Source: Candidatus Campbellbacteria bacterium
GTDB taxonomy: Bacteria; Patescibacteriota; Minisyncoccia; Phycocordibacterales; EsbW-18
Direction of reading: 5' to 3'
NCBI GenBank assembly: GCA_016699465.1
Contig: CP064977.1
Location: 619,739 to 683,738, forward strand
DNA length: 64,000 nucleotides
Positions 36,317 through 47,706 of this stretch are shown here, piece after piece (within the stretch, counting starts at the first letter, position 1; every line of letters starts with the position of its first letter). The notes under the pieces were generated by a model. That model had not been told where the DNA came from and did no database searches. It worked only from the letters and a program-made list of their open reading frames with translations. The translations under genes were made by a program, and so were the position numbers.

Positions 36317-37494
36317 TTTTTTTCTTGCGTGAGTATTTTGTTGAGTGTAAGTAGTGATGAAATATTGTGTTGCACGTAATCAATGCGAATTGAGTAGTTC
36401 TCTAAACTTTCGTGAAATCCTCCAACTCCATCAAGGTTTCCGTGTATGTCGCGTAATTGCTGTGCGGTAAATTGTGTTTGTAGTTGAAACGCGATAGCGC
36501 GCTTCATTGTGTTGAGTGCTTTTGATGCGTAGAGTGTATCTCCTGTTTTTGTAAAAAGAGTATATGCAGCGCCGAGGCCCTCGCTTCGTGTTGCTGTTGG
36601 TGTCGAGCGTGGTGGGTCATAAAAACCACCATTCCATTGTGTCCGTGCACCGGTTTCGTTGATGTGTTGTGCCGAGATAATAGAATCAACAATACGTTGT
36701 GTATGTGTGTAGTAGAGTTCGTCTGGACGGTTTGAATAGAGTTCATTGAGTGCGTAGAGAAGCCAGTGATCATGATTGAGATTTGTGGTTGTAACATTCG
36801 CGTCGCGGGCTTCAATGAGCCAGTGTGCTCCTCTGTGTGCTGCGTCAATCCACTGTATATTTTTATCAAGTGCGTAAAGTCGTGTAAGGGCAAAAATAGA
36901 TTCTCCAGGATAATAGTCTGATTCAAATGTAGTTTGGTCACCTGTGTCTGTTGCAACTTTGTGAACAGTAAATTCTCCGTTGGGTGCTTGTACTGCTGTG
37001 ATGAAATGTGCAAGTTTTTGTGCAAGGGTGAGATAGGGGTGCGTGCCGATGACAGGTGTTGTGAGAGAGACGTATTTTGAAAAGGCGAGTACGGCGAGTG
37101 CATTCCCACCAAGTTTTGTTTCGCTGTTTTCTTCAATACAGAGTGCGTTGGGTATGTTTGGACACGGAACTGCAGAGCGCGCGAGGTACTCGAGGGCGTG
37201 CTCTGCTACGGTGAGATATGTTTGTTCGCCCGTTGCTTCATAGAGCTCAAGAAGTGCGTAGGTTGTTCCCGCGTGGCGAACGATATTGTATGCATATGAT
37301 TCTTCGTTCGTAACAGGATTATACTCATATACAAAAGAGCCATCAGCATTTGCGTTGGTAACAAGGTAGTTGCCACCGAGACGCGCAGAGTCAAGGTATA
37401 CACTCTCGCGTGTGAAATATGAAAAAAGACCAATCCCGAGTAGTAGGGTGCCACCAACAATCATCATGTACAGTCCCTTTCTTTTTTCTTTCAT
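36313..37494 (-). CDS. hypothetical membrane-anchored protein, possibly alpha/alpha-barrel fold
   Basis: N-terminal signal-anchor helix; 393 aa rich in aromatic and Asn residues. Fold guess only. Confidence 0.4.
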   Translation of the reverse strand: MKEKRKGLYMMIVGGTLLLGIGLFSYFTRESVYLDSARLGGNYLVTNANADGSFVYEYNPVTNEESYAYNIVRHAGTTYALLELYEATGEQTYLTVAEHALEYLARSAVPCPNIPNALCIEENSETKLGGNALAVLAFSKYVSLTTPVIGTHPYLTLAQKLAHFITAVQAPNGEFTVHKVATDTGDQTTFESDYYPGESIFALTRLYALDKNIQWIDAAHRGAHWLIEARDANVTTTNLNHDHWLLYALNELYSNRPDELYYTHTQRIVDSIISAQHINETGARTQWNGGFYDPPRSTPTATRSEGLGAAYTLFTKTGDTLYASKALNTMKRAIAFQLQTQFTAQQLRDIHGNLDGVGGFHESLENYSIRIDYVQHNISSLLTLNKILTQEKN

Positions 37495-37500
37495 AACGCT

Positions 37501-37537
37501 GTCCGTCCCTATGGATTCGAACCATGAACCGCCGAGG
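37501..37537 (-). repeat. diverged partial copy of tRNA 3' half (T-arm plus acceptor)
   Basis: gtccgtccctatggattcgaaccatgaaccgccgagg resembles the 3' half of the intact tRNA 40 nt away; the 5' portion is unrelated. Confidence 0.6.
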
Positions 37538-37580
37538 ATATCTTTGATATGAAACTTCGTTCGGACTATGCAAATCTGTG

Positions 37581-37654
37581 TCCGCCCCCATGGACTCGAA
37601 CCATGAACCGCCGAGGTATAAGCTCGGTGCTCTAACCAATTGAGCTAGGGGCGG
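37581..37654 (-). tRNA. tRNA with anticodon UAU (Ile, AUA-decoding)
   Basis: Minus-strand cloverleaf: acceptor CCGCCCC/GGGGCGG, D arm GCTC-AATTGGTTA-GAGC, anticodon arm CCGAG-CTTATAC-CTCGG, T arm CATGG-TTCGAGT-CCATG. Anticodon TAT read by eye; C1-G72 start unusual. Confidence 0.7.
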
Positions 37655-37758
37655 ACACAAATTTTCAAAAATCCTCACTCGTTTCCATATCTACGATACA
37701 CCAGGTTCACTCGCTCGGAGAAGAAAACAAGTTCTCTTCTCCTCACTCGTTGCCTGCC

Positions 37759-37796
37759 GTAAGCTCGGTGCTCTAACCAATTGAGCTAGGGGCGGG
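37759..37796 (-). repeat. partial copy of tRNA 5' half (acceptor through anticodon stem)
   Basis: gtaagctcggtgctctaaccaattgagctaggggcgg is identical to the 5' half of the intact tRNA at 37617-37654; no 3' half follows. Confidence 0.7.
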
Positions 37797-37938
37797 CAAC
37801 AGTAGCTATTGTGATATCTGAAGTGCTTGAATGCAACTGTTTAATAACCACGTGGTCAAACGTTGTACGCTATAAAAGACGGTCGTCTTCTATGGCGTAC
37901 ATGTCTTTGCCTAGCAGTTTAGCTGTAACTTTACTACA

Positions 37939-38499
37939 ATGGGAGCACATTCATCTATGGGAGCACCACTCACAGGGTACAACAGTCTTGCTGACGCACT
38001 GGCGAAAGCACAATTAGGACACGAAATTGCGTTTCGTGCGATTTATGAACATCTTGTAGATCGCATATTTTCTTTCGTCCGTCCTCGAGCTCGTTCACGT
38101 GATGAAGCAACAGACATTGTACAAGATATTTTTGTGGATGTGTGGGGGGCGATGCCGCGTTTTACGTATATATCGGATGCGCACTTCTACAGTTTTGTGT
38201 TTACGATTGCGAAACGTCGTCTCATTCGTCACTACAAAACACACACTCACGAGTCATTGGATGATTTTGAACAGTATGAGCTCCCGCGTATTGAGGCAGA
38301 TATTGTTGATCCGGATGGTATGCAAAAGCTCGTTAATCAGTTATCAGAAAAATATCGCGAAGTGGTTACGCTTCGATATTTTTCTGGGCTATCATTTGCT
38401 GAAATTGGTGACCTGTTGGGGACCACAGAAACAAACGCTAAGGTTCGCCATCACCGAGCACTTAAAGAGCTTCGAGAGTTAATGCAAAAATATGAATAA
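37939..38499 (+). CDS. ECF-type RNA polymerase sigma factor
   Basis: Region 2 (DIVQDIFVDVWGAMPRF) and region 4 (LSFAEIGDLLGTTETNAKVRHHRALKELR). Confidence 0.8.
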   Translation: MGAHSSMGAPLTGYNSLADALAKAQLGHEIAFRAIYEHLVDRIFSFVRPRARSRDEATDIVQDIFVDVWGAMPRFTYISDAHFYSFVFTIAKRRLIRHYKTHTHESLDDFEQYELPRIEADIVDPDGMQKLVNQLSEKYREVVTLRYFSGLSFAEIGDLLGTTETNAKVRHHRALKELRELMQKYE

Positions 38500-39481
38500 C
38501 GAATTTTCAACAATCGAAGACCAACTCAAAAAGGTTTCCGTACATACGCTGTCACATGAGGAAAAAGATATGCTCTGGGTGTCTGTTGTGCGTGCGCATA
38601 CCGTACGACCAGTGGTGTCACCGTACTCATGGATGGTGTTGGTGCACCGTCGTTTGATGGTGACTGTTTCTGCAGTACTTATTTTTGTTCTTGCTGGCGG
38701 AAGTACCGTTGCTCTTGCTGATAGCGCAAAACCAGGTGACACACTGTTTGCACTGGATCGTGCAACGGAAAACGTTGTTCTTGCGCTTACATCTGAGAGT
38801 AATAAAGACACGGTGCGTCTCGCAATTGCCGATGAACGTATTTCTGAACTTGAATCTCTTATTTCTGACGAATCCTCACGACGTCTTGCAATAGCAGCAG
38901 AGAATCCTCGAACTCTAACTGAAACAGAAGCAATGCGTGCTGCGTCGTCGTTTATGCCGGCGACATTTGCAACTGATGTTGCCACAAATACCGAGGAAAG
39001 TATTGGACAGGAGCCTCTATTTTCTAAGCAGGTAGCACCGGCGGATTCTTCGGAAGAAGTCACGCAGAATAAAGACAAAGAAAAAACAGAAGTAAAAGAT
39101 AAAAAACAAACAGATATTGAAGAGGCACTGTCACTTGTTGGACAGATTTCAAATGATCTTGAGAAGAAAGGAAATAAAAAAGATCATGATTCTGTACGTC
39201 GTGCAATGAAACGTCTTTCAGGTAAGCTCGATAAACTTCCATCTGAAAAACATGACGTGTTTAAGGAGTCGTTTAAAAATATTTCTCCAGAAGTTGATAC
39301 AGCGTTTCAGCCAGAAGAGAATGATGATGAAAAAATTCCTCAAGATGAAGTGAGTCCAATTCCTCCTTCTACTGAAGACCCTGCACAGGTTGGAACAACA
39401 ACACAAAATGGGGAAGGAGGTGTGCAAGGTGAAAGTATCCACACAGGAGAAAAAATAGAAGATACGGAGAATACTAGGTGA
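38492..39481 (+). CDS. putative anti-sigma factor (single TM, long acidic C-terminal region)
   Basis: Overlaps the sigma gene by 8 nt; one TM helix (MVTVSAVLIFVLAGG); remainder E/D/K-rich. Confidence 0.5.
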   Translation: MNNEFSTIEDQLKKVSVHTLSHEEKDMLWVSVVRAHTVRPVVSPYSWMVLVHRRLMVTVSAVLIFVLAGGSTVALADSAKPGDTLFALDRATENVVLALTSESNKDTVRLAIADERISELESLISDESSRRLAIAAENPRTLTETEAMRAASSFMPATFATDVATNTEESIGQEPLFSKQVAPADSSEEVTQNKDKEKTEVKDKKQTDIEEALSLVGQISNDLEKKGNKKDHDSVRRAMKRLSGKLDKLPSEKHDVFKESFKNISPEVDTAFQPEENDDEKIPQDEVSPIPPSTEDPAQVGTTTQNGEGGVQGESIHTGEKIEDTENTR

Positions 39482-39736
39482 TATAGAATATAGGCGCTTC
39501 TTAGCACACCGGCTAATTCGTGCGAATTAGCCGGTGTGGTTGGTGTATACGGCGTACTTGCGATTTTTTCAGGGGGGGTAGCATGGAGATATTAGGAATT
39601 AAACATTTTTATGAAACAGGAAAAATATCAACCAACACCAGAGGAGATGAAGGCAGCGGAGGAAATGATGACGAAAGAAGAGAAAATGTAGAGCGAGGCA
39701 CGAGCAGAGGGATTTGGAGTAGCAAAGAAGGAAGCA

Positions 39737-40126
39737 ATGATAGAGAGTGGGAAGTACCAGTCGATTGGTGATTTTCATGAGGGGTACGCAGTAGCGACAA
39801 AGGTTAATTCTGGAGGGGAAGTATGGTCATCCTTCGAGGGAAAGTTTCAACAGCATGGTCCAAGCACTCGCCTCTATATTCTCAATGAACATTTTGAAGA
39901 AGTGGGTGGCCCATATTCGAGCGTTGAAGACTTTTTTGAAGATCGAGCTATAGTCGGTGTTATGAACGAAGGATATTTTTATGTCGATAAGGATTTTAAA
40001 AAAATAGCGGGCCCCTTTGACTCCGCTGAACCATTTTTAGATGGTCGTGCGCAAGTTGCTAAACAGGGAAAATCTTACTGGATTGGACTCGATGGGGAAG
40101 AAATCGCTGGAGTGGCAAAAATCTAG
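39737..40126 (+). CDS. WG-repeat (KWG) protein
   Basis: Repeated F.EGyAvv...G.wG.id motifs (FHEGYAVA, FEDRAIVGV, FLDGRAQVAKQGKSYWIGLDGEEI). Confidence 0.55.
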   Translation: MIESGKYQSIGDFHEGYAVATKVNSGGEVWSSFEGKFQQHGPSTRLYILNEHFEEVGGPYSSVEDFFEDRAIVGVMNEGYFYVDKDFKKIAGPFDSAEPFLDGRAQVAKQGKSYWIGLDGEEIAGVAKI

Positions 40127-40129
40127 TTT

Positions 40130-42370
40130 CTACTCAAAATGTACTTCACCGCGCTCGGTGAGGGCTTTTTGTAATTCGGGGTATTTTGTGAGGTGGGCGT
40201 CTGATTCAACGATTCGTTTTGCTTCGGCACGTGCGGCTTCAACAAGTTTGAGGTTCTTGAGTGCTTCCATGCCGACATCGGTGATACCCCATTGGCGCCC
40301 ACCGTACAGTTCTCCCGAACCACGCAGTTCCAAATCGCGCTCTGCAAGTTCAAATCCATTTGCGGATGAGGCGAGCGCCTTGAGGCGATCTCCTGTTGAG
40401 GCACTCTTTGATTCAGTGAAGAGATAACAGTAGGCTTGGTAACTACTTCGCAATACACGTCCGCGGAGTTGATGGAGTTGTGCGAGTCCAAAGCGGTCTG
40501 CACCTTCAATAATAATTGCTGTCGCATTCGGTACGTTCACACCAACTTCAATCACCGATGTGGCAACTAGAATATTTAATTTTCCATCCGCAAACTCTTT
40601 CATCACATCTTCTTTTTCTTGTGGTTTCATTTTTCCATGCACAATACCAATGTGTGCCTTTGGAAACACATCATGTTTAAGACGTTTTGCTTCTTCAACA
40701 ACTGATTTTGCGCGAAGCGCCGTTTCTTTTGCTGGGTCTGGTTCATCAATACGCGGACAGACCACAAATGCTTGTCGTCCTTCGTCTAGGAGTGTCTGAA
40801 TGTGTGCGTATGTTTTTGCGCGTCCTGATGGCGTAACGATTTCTGTTTTGATTTCCTTGCGTCCTTTTGGTTGTTCATCAAGAAGTGTGAGGTCGAGGTC
40901 GCCGTACACAGTGAGCGCAAGTGTGCGGGGAATTGGTGTTGCGGTCATTGAGAGTAGGTGAGGCATACGCCATGCGTCGCGATCGGGAGCATCTGTTTTT
41001 CGTGCGAGAAGTGCGCGTTGATTTGTTCCAAAGCGGTGTTGCTCGTCGATAACCACGTAGGCAAGATGTTTGAATTTCACGGACTTCTGAATGAGTGCGT
41101 GTGTACCAATGAGAATAGGGATTTCGCCATTTGCCACCCACTTGAGTAATTGTGGGCGAGAAATATCGGTCCATGAATTCGGATTTACTTTTGATGGAAA
41201 CTTTTTGCATCCTGAAGATGTGATGAGTCCAATTTGGATAGGAAGGCTTGCCCCGCCACGGCGGGGTGAAAAGAATTCAATAAAGGATTCAAAATGTTGT
41301 TGGGCAAGAATTTCCGTCGGTGCCATGTAGGCGACTTGGAGATTTCCGAAGTCTTGGTCTCTTCCTTCAGTACTCTTTGGCCGGCTTGTGACGACACAGT
41401 ATGAAGTTGCTGCTGCAACAAACGTTTTTCCAGAACCCACGTCTCCTTCAAGGAGTCGTGACATTGCATGTGGTGAGTCAAAGTTTTCAAGAATACTTTT
41501 GATAGCTCGTGTTTGTGCGTTCGTGGGAGTAAATGGAAAACGTTTAATAAATGTTGAGAGTTCTTTTTCAGAAACGGTGATGTCCCACGTCGGGAGGGCA
41601 TCCGCACGCCAGCGTTCTTGTTGTTTTTGGAGTTGGATGAAAAATACCTCTTCAAATGCAAATCTTTTTCGTGCAGCGATTGCATCTGTTTCAGTTTTTG
41701 GTGTGTGCATCCACACGAGTGCAGTACTTAGTGCGGGCAAATTATATTTTTTCAAAATGTCTTTTGGAATTGGATCGTGCAAAGCATCCAATACGTCTTG
41801 TGTGAGAATTTTTTGAATTGTGTAGAGAAACCATCGTGAGGTAACGCCGCGACTTTCAGGATACACGGGGATAAGGGGCATGTCTGGATCGGGTTCTGTG
41901 TCTGAGCCGAATAACGGACTTCCTAAGAGTGCTTTATTTTTGTCAGCGTGCGTAATTTCTGGATTTATCATTGAACGCTTGCTATCCTTCTTTTTTATTT
42001 TTCCTGCAACGACAACGAGTGACCCTTCAGGAAACATTTTTGAAATGTATGGTTGATGAAGCCAGAGGAGGTGTAAACTCCCAGATTCATCTTTGAGTGT
42101 TGCCTCGGTCATAGGAATTTTACTTTTCCACGCCTTGCGTGCTTTCGTTTTTGAAATGGTACCAACAAGAGACACCACTCCGTCTGATGTGGCTGTTTGA
42201 ATGACACCTTCGTTTGCTGATGAAATGTATCGTGCAGGGAAGTGGTAGAGGAGATCGCGCACAGTTACTACACCAAGCTTTTTGAGGGCTTTTGTTTGAT
42301 ACTCATTGATTCGGAAATGTTTAGCTACAGGTTCGGTAAGATTCATGTCCCCATTGTACCGTAGGGACAT
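40130..42370 (-). CDS. recG: ATP-dependent DNA helicase RecG
   Basis: Wedge domain then helicase motifs GDVGSGKTFVAAA, DEQHRFG, SMTATPIPRTL, QLHQLRGRVLR; 746 aa. Confidence 0.9.
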   Translation of the reverse strand: MSLRYNGDMNLTEPVAKHFRINEYQTKALKKLGVVTVRDLLYHFPARYISSANEGVIQTATSDGVVSLVGTISKTKARKAWKSKIPMTEATLKDESGSLHLLWLHQPYISKMFPEGSLVVVAGKIKKKDSKRSMINPEITHADKNKALLGSPLFGSDTEPDPDMPLIPVYPESRGVTSRWFLYTIQKILTQDVLDALHDPIPKDILKKYNLPALSTALVWMHTPKTETDAIAARKRFAFEEVFFIQLQKQQERWRADALPTWDITVSEKELSTFIKRFPFTPTNAQTRAIKSILENFDSPHAMSRLLEGDVGSGKTFVAAATSYCVVTSRPKSTEGRDQDFGNLQVAYMAPTEILAQQHFESFIEFFSPRRGGASLPIQIGLITSSGCKKFPSKVNPNSWTDISRPQLLKWVANGEIPILIGTHALIQKSVKFKHLAYVVIDEQHRFGTNQRALLARKTDAPDRDAWRMPHLLSMTATPIPRTLALTVYGDLDLTLLDEQPKGRKEIKTEIVTPSGRAKTYAHIQTLLDEGRQAFVVCPRIDEPDPAKETALRAKSVVEEAKRLKHDVFPKAHIGIVHGKMKPQEKEDVMKEFADGKLNILVATSVIEVGVNVPNATAIIIEGADRFGLAQLHQLRGRVLRSSYQAYCYLFTESKSASTGDRLKALASSANGFELAERDLELRGSGELYGGRQWGITDVGMEALKNLKLVEAARAEAKRIVESDAHLTKYPELQKALTERGEVHFE

Positions 42371-42445
42371 AAAATAGTTATTCCTTGACTCTTTGGGTAT
42401 TGAGGGAATAATGAAGGTATTATAAAAAGCTGTTTTACATTATTT

Positions 42446-43492
42446 ATGAAAAAATATATCTCTCTGCTCGCCGGTGCCCTTATCGTTGGGGCTTTTTTTG
42501 TGCAACCAGTGCGCGCGGAAACAAACTTGGGTTCTCTTGCGACACTTATTCAGTCACTCATGGCGCAGGTGCAGGAGCTCCAAAAGCAACTTGCTGTTTT
42601 GCAAAACAACACGGGTTCTCAGGGTGATTCGGGTATCCCCGGCGATGATCCAATAATCCAGGTCGTTTCACCAGATGGGGGTGAAGAATTTAAGATGAAT
42701 TCTATCGAAAAAATTGAGTGGACATACTCTCCGTTGCCACCCTCAAATTTTGCTATCAATCTTCTTAAAAGCGATGGTTCAGAGGCGGTTGCGCATATTC
42801 GTTATTGTGACTCATCCGAATACTTTCAAGATAATTATCCCAACGCCGACCACTTTTGGTTCAATTGGAAGGTTGGGTATGATGCTTCTGGAGCAAAAAT
42901 TCCAAATGGGAGTTATCGCATAAGGGTGTCTAACTGTGGTGATGTGAACGATATGAGTGATAGCTCATTTAAAATTGCACGAGGGAGTGCAATCACAAAA
43001 GAAACGATTACTGTGACGAATCCAGTTGGTGGTGAAAGATACATTCCTGGGCAGGCCATTCCTCTTACGTTTGAAGTAAAGAGTTCTGACGGAACACCAG
43101 ATGTAGCAATTAGAGTATTGCAGCATACAGAAGGAAAAGATCTTGTGGTTAACGAAGCATACTATCTTTACGAGGATGGATTTATTAAGAATGGAAAAAA
43201 CACTCTTGATTTCTATCCTGCAAAAGGTTCAAGTTATCCAACGGAGAAACTTGTGGGTGAATTTAGGTTGGAGCTTAGTGTTGGGAAAATATCTTGTTGT
43301 AAATGGTGGATTGAGCCGACTGACTCTGACATAACGGGCTGGTTTAAAATTTCATATGACAAGGCCACGGACAAGGATCCATACGAACTATCATCAAAGG
43401 TGCTTGGTGCGTCTACGTCGTACCAAGATGTATTGAGCCAAATGACGAATACGTTGAAGGGGATGCAAGGGTTTTTACAGGGATTAAAATAA
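42446..43492 (+). CDS. hypothetical secreted protein
   Basis: Signal peptide MKKYISLLAGALIVGAFFVQPVRA, coiled-coil segment, 348 aa. Confidence 0.5.
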   Translation: MKKYISLLAGALIVGAFFVQPVRAETNLGSLATLIQSLMAQVQELQKQLAVLQNNTGSQGDSGIPGDDPIIQVVSPDGGEEFKMNSIEKIEWTYSPLPPSNFAINLLKSDGSEAVAHIRYCDSSEYFQDNYPNADHFWFNWKVGYDASGAKIPNGSYRIRVSNCGDVNDMSDSSFKIARGSAITKETITVTNPVGGERYIPGQAIPLTFEVKSSDGTPDVAIRVLQHTEGKDLVVNEAYYLYEDGFIKNGKNTLDFYPAKGSSYPTEKLVGEFRLELSVGKISCCKWWIEPTDSDITGWFKISYDKATDKDPYELSSKVLGASTSYQDVLSQMTNTLKGMQGFLQGLK

Positions 43493-43508
43493 AGAATATA
43501 CGACACAA

Positions 43509-43541
43509 AAAACACCCCGCCAAAAGCAGGGTGTTTTTTGT
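43509..43541 (+). terminator. rho-independent terminator
   Basis: aacaccc-cgccaaaagca-gggtgtt followed by ttttgttt. Confidence 0.7.
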
Positions 43542-43774
43542 TTGACTCTTTTTTGTTTGGGGAGTAAGGCCTCCGTCAAGAAGAAGGTTTCCCGTCGGAG
43601 AACTCCTCCAACGGTGATGAGGGCGAAGAAGCGTTGCACGTAATGCGACGTCATATCAGCCCCGTCGCTAGCGACGGGGCGCTATTTATAAAGTTTTCTT
43701 TTGTTGACTGAAATACTATGCAGGTGTACGTTTTGAGTAGAAGTTAACAGTCAAACTCCCGAAAGGAGGAGCCC

Positions 43775-44122
43775 GTGAGTCGAAGGGAAAGAAGAAAAAT
43801 TGTAAGGGTGCGCTTCAGTTGCCTGGTTGAAGAGGGCATCGATGACCACCCTGGAAATACGCTTTGGATGGAACTCGAGGGCGGCAGTCCTTTGCGGTAC
43901 GAGCTCGAGCTCGCCATTCCGGGAGCGTTCTCTGACGGGGATGTGAGGGATCTCCTTTCTCGCATGGTCCCGTTCTTTCTAGAGCGAGCGAGGAAGGACA
44001 TGATGGAAACGTTCCCAAGGATTCGAAAGAGAGTCCTGGAGTGGAACGTGTCATGGAGACTCCTCAGGAAGGGCGAGGCGAAAGCGGAAGCTCGTCTCCA
44101 GCGACTCCTCCGGGGCTTTTGA
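43775..44122 (+). CDS. hypothetical protein encoded in GC-rich island
   Basis: GTG start preceded by aaggagga; Arg-rich 115 aa; the 43.55-44.2 kb segment is much more GC-rich than flanks. Confidence 0.4.
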   Translation: MSRRERRKIVRVRFSCLVEEGIDDHPGNTLWMELEGGSPLRYELELAIPGAFSDGDVRDLLSRMVPFFLERARKDMMETFPRIRKRVLEWNVSWRLLRKGEAKAEARLQRLLRGF

Positions 44123-44217
44123 TGACCTGTTGAGGATCTGTTCATTTCGCTCGCGCCGTCGGCATTGCCGGCGGCGTTTTGCTATCCACTCTCTTTCCCC
44201 AGATTTTTTGGTAAGGC

Positions 44218-44245
44218 TTGACATGGTGTTTTCTGTGGCTATAAT
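44218..44245 (+). promoter_or_regulatory. consensus sigma70 promoter TTGACA-16-TATAAT, candidate rRNA promoter
   Basis: cttgacatggtgttttctgtggctataatg lies ~300 nt upstream of the 16S 5' end. Confidence 0.6.
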
Positions 44246-44549
44246 GGGTGCTCCTCTAGTAATCAGTCCCGTTCGTCGGTTCGACTGGCGATCGGGACTT
44301 TTCTAGACAGATCTTTGACAACTGAATGTAGACCAGCTTGTACACCGAGTACGTGTATGAGTTGGATAGCCAGCACGCACTTGCCACCGCTTGTACGTGC
44401 TGGAAAACCCGTCTTTTTCCGACGCAGATTGTCGTACAACATCTGTGTCAAAAAAGAAATACAAAATATAGAAAATTAGAATGGAGAAAAAGAGCTAATC
44501 ACAATTTTTCTTTTGTTCTGCTCATTTGGGTGAAAATTTATTTTCATCT

Positions 44550-46135
<1,586 letters not shown>

Positions 46136-46311
46136 AGTCAAATGACAATCGTTGAACATCGAAATTTTTTCATGTTTGATCTAGGCGGTCGATATCATGT
46201 ACCTCAATTGAGTACGTGATGGATAGTAACTGGACATCTTTAAGTCAGTTGGACACCAGGGAAAGACCGGTTGAGCAGAACAAAAGAAAGACTGTGATTT
46301 TAAAAAAATAG

Positions 46312-46350
46312 GGAGCCCCGTTTTCGTATCGCGAAAACGGGGCTTTCCTC
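46312..46350 (+). terminator. strong hairpin downstream of 16S
   Basis: gagccccgttttcg-tatc-gcgaaaacggggctt has a 14-bp stem; U-tract weak. Confidence 0.5.
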
Positions 46351-46412
46351 TATACAAAATTATTTTAAGGAGCATACTTCCTGCAGATGTGTACACATAA
46401 GGGAGAAGAAAC

Positions 46413-46559
46413 ATGCTTTCAGTTCGTGACACTTCAACTATTGGCATGGTCGGAATTTGGCTTGTTTCTACGACGGTAGCACTCACCATTAGTGTGGCGG
46501 CAGTGTTGCTCTCAGTCCTTCATAGGTCGGTATCAAAGGGAATTACCTCGACGAAGTAA
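46413..46559 (+). CDS. hypothetical small membrane protein (48 aa)
   Basis: gggagaagaaac ATG; hydrophobic MLSVRDTSTIGMVGIWLVSTTVALTISVAAVLLSVL; followed by a terminator. Confidence 0.35.
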   Translation: MLSVRDTSTIGMVGIWLVSTTVALTISVAAVLLSVLHRSVSKGITSTK

Positions 46560-46560
46560 G

Positions 46561-46600
46561 CCCTGCAAGCTCAAATACTCTTGCGGGGCCTTGTTTTTTA
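46561..46600 (+). terminator. rho-independent terminator
   Basis: gccctgcaag-ctcaaatactc-ttgcggggc followed by cttgtttttt. Confidence 0.65.
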
Positions 46601-46688
46601 GTGCTTGACAAAGTCATTGTTTGTGCTACTATTGAAAACAGAAGAAATCGGGGAATTACCCCCACAAGGACTTCGGGAGAAGAATTTT

Positions 46689-46931
46689 ATGAATCCGCAC
46701 AGTCGTTCGTTGAAGTGCAGTGGCCAGAAGGTGGTGGCTCGTCGGCGCGATTTTCGCGTCGTAAGCGCCGCGTGCGGGCTCTTCAGTTTCCTGCTCATTC
46801 TCTCGTCGGTGTCTGAGCATACGACACCGACGGGAAGCGTCGTCGCCCTCACCCTCGCCGCCGCTTTCGGGCTGGCGGCCTGGGCACTCGGATCCCGCCG
46901 TGGTGGGATCCGGATCCGCATCGACAACTGA
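46689..46931 (+). CDS. hypothetical membrane protein in GC-rich island
   Basis: gggagaagaatttt ATG; 80 aa with 2 TM helices; GC-rich 46.69-46.99 kb. Confidence 0.35.
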   Translation: MNPHSRSLKCSGQKVVARRRDFRVVSAACGLFSFLLILSSVSEHTTPTGSVVALTLAAAFGLAAWALGSRRGGIRIRIDN

Positions 46932-46942
46932 TGCAAATCCAC

Positions 46943-46967
46943 CGCCGGTTCAAGTCCGGCAACAACA
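46943..46967 (+). other. tRNA 3'-end-like fragment (T-arm plus acceptor) with no complete tRNA
   Basis: gccgg-ttcaagt-ccggc-aacaaca has the T-stem/loop/stem and 7-nt acceptor layout, but no matching 5' half upstream. Confidence 0.4.
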
Positions 46968-47114
46968 GTACGCGCCCTTCGGGGAAAGGCGGCTGTTTTT
47001 TTATCTAGTATTTAACTTAAGTGCTGGATTTATACAAAGTGGAAATTGTGGGTTGGAGGTGGGAAGTGGCAAATTGGAAATTTATTAGATTGGGATTATT
47101 TTGATACACCACAT

Positions 47115-47142
47115 CAACTGTACCGATATATCGGTACAGTTG
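47115..47142. repeat. perfect palindrome caacTGTACCGATATATCGGTACAgttg (copy 2 of 3)
   Basis: 28-bp perfect palindrome; same 20-bp core as 10380-10399 with different, still palindromic flanks. Confidence 0.85.
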
Positions 47143-47348
47143 AGAAATTTGGTGCGCGTTAGGGTGGGCGGCCACAGATATTTTTCTGCTGAAAAATTTT
47201 ACGAAGCCTCCTTCGGCACGATCTTCTGATCGCTCGTCTCAATGAGTACATTGACCTACTGGGTCATACCGTCGCGTTCCGACCTTCGACCTCTGTCGAC
47301 ACGGTAAAACAAAATCGCCGAAAGCTTTCGCCCTCGGCTCATTTGTTT

Positions 47349-47424
47349 TGGTGCGCGCGCTAGGGATCGAACCTAGGACCTTTCGAGTATCAGTCGAATG
47401 CTCTACCAGCTGAGCTACGCGCGC
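47349..47424 (-). tRNA. tRNA-Ile (anticodon GAU), CCA encoded
   Basis: Minus strand GCGCGCG TA GCTC AGCTGGTA GAGC A TTCGA CTGATAC TCGAA AGGTC CTAGG TTCGATC CCTAG CGCGCGC A CCA. Confidence 0.85.
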
Positions 47425-47623
47425 AAGAGAGGATGACACGCAGTTTGGGGCGCAGTCTTCGAGGTAAGAAAGAAAAAGAGCTTGTTCTTTTTCTTTTGAA
47501 ACTGAGAAGATGGGGGCTTCCCTAACTACGTGGTCCGAACGCCGCGCTCGTATAGTATTCTATACAAGCACAACCACAGTGAATATAACAAAATCGAGAC
47601 AATTTTGCTACTATGCACGTATT

Positions 47624-47705
47624 GGGCACGTGGCGGAATTGGTATACGCGTACGCTTCAGGAGCGTATGGGGAAACCCTTGAGAGTTCAAATCTCTCCGT
47701 GCCCA
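47624..47705 (+). tRNA. tRNA-Leu (anticodon CAG), long variable arm
   Basis: GGGCACG..TACGC TTCAGGA GCGTA, variable arm TGGGGAAACCCTT, T arm GAGAG TTCAAAT CTCTC, acceptor CGTGCCC A. Confidence 0.8.
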
Positions 47706-47706
47706 C

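Noticed and set aside
39520-39771. 83-aa ORF overlapping the WG-repeat gene start
   Set aside because: It is in a different frame from the clearly WG-repeat-like reading frame and is low-complexity (Gly/Glu/Arg). Probably spurious.
46943-46967. tRNA-like T-arm/acceptor as a complete tRNA gene
   Set aside because: No complementary 5' acceptor strand (GTTGTTG) or D/anticodon arms lie within 100 nt upstream. Kept only as a fragment.
46136-47340. Expected 16S-tRNA-23S arrangement downstream of the 16S gene
   Set aside because: No 23S-like sequence follows. A strong hairpin and small ORFs do. tRNA-Ile(GAU) is on the opposite strand, so the rRNA genes appear unlinked here.
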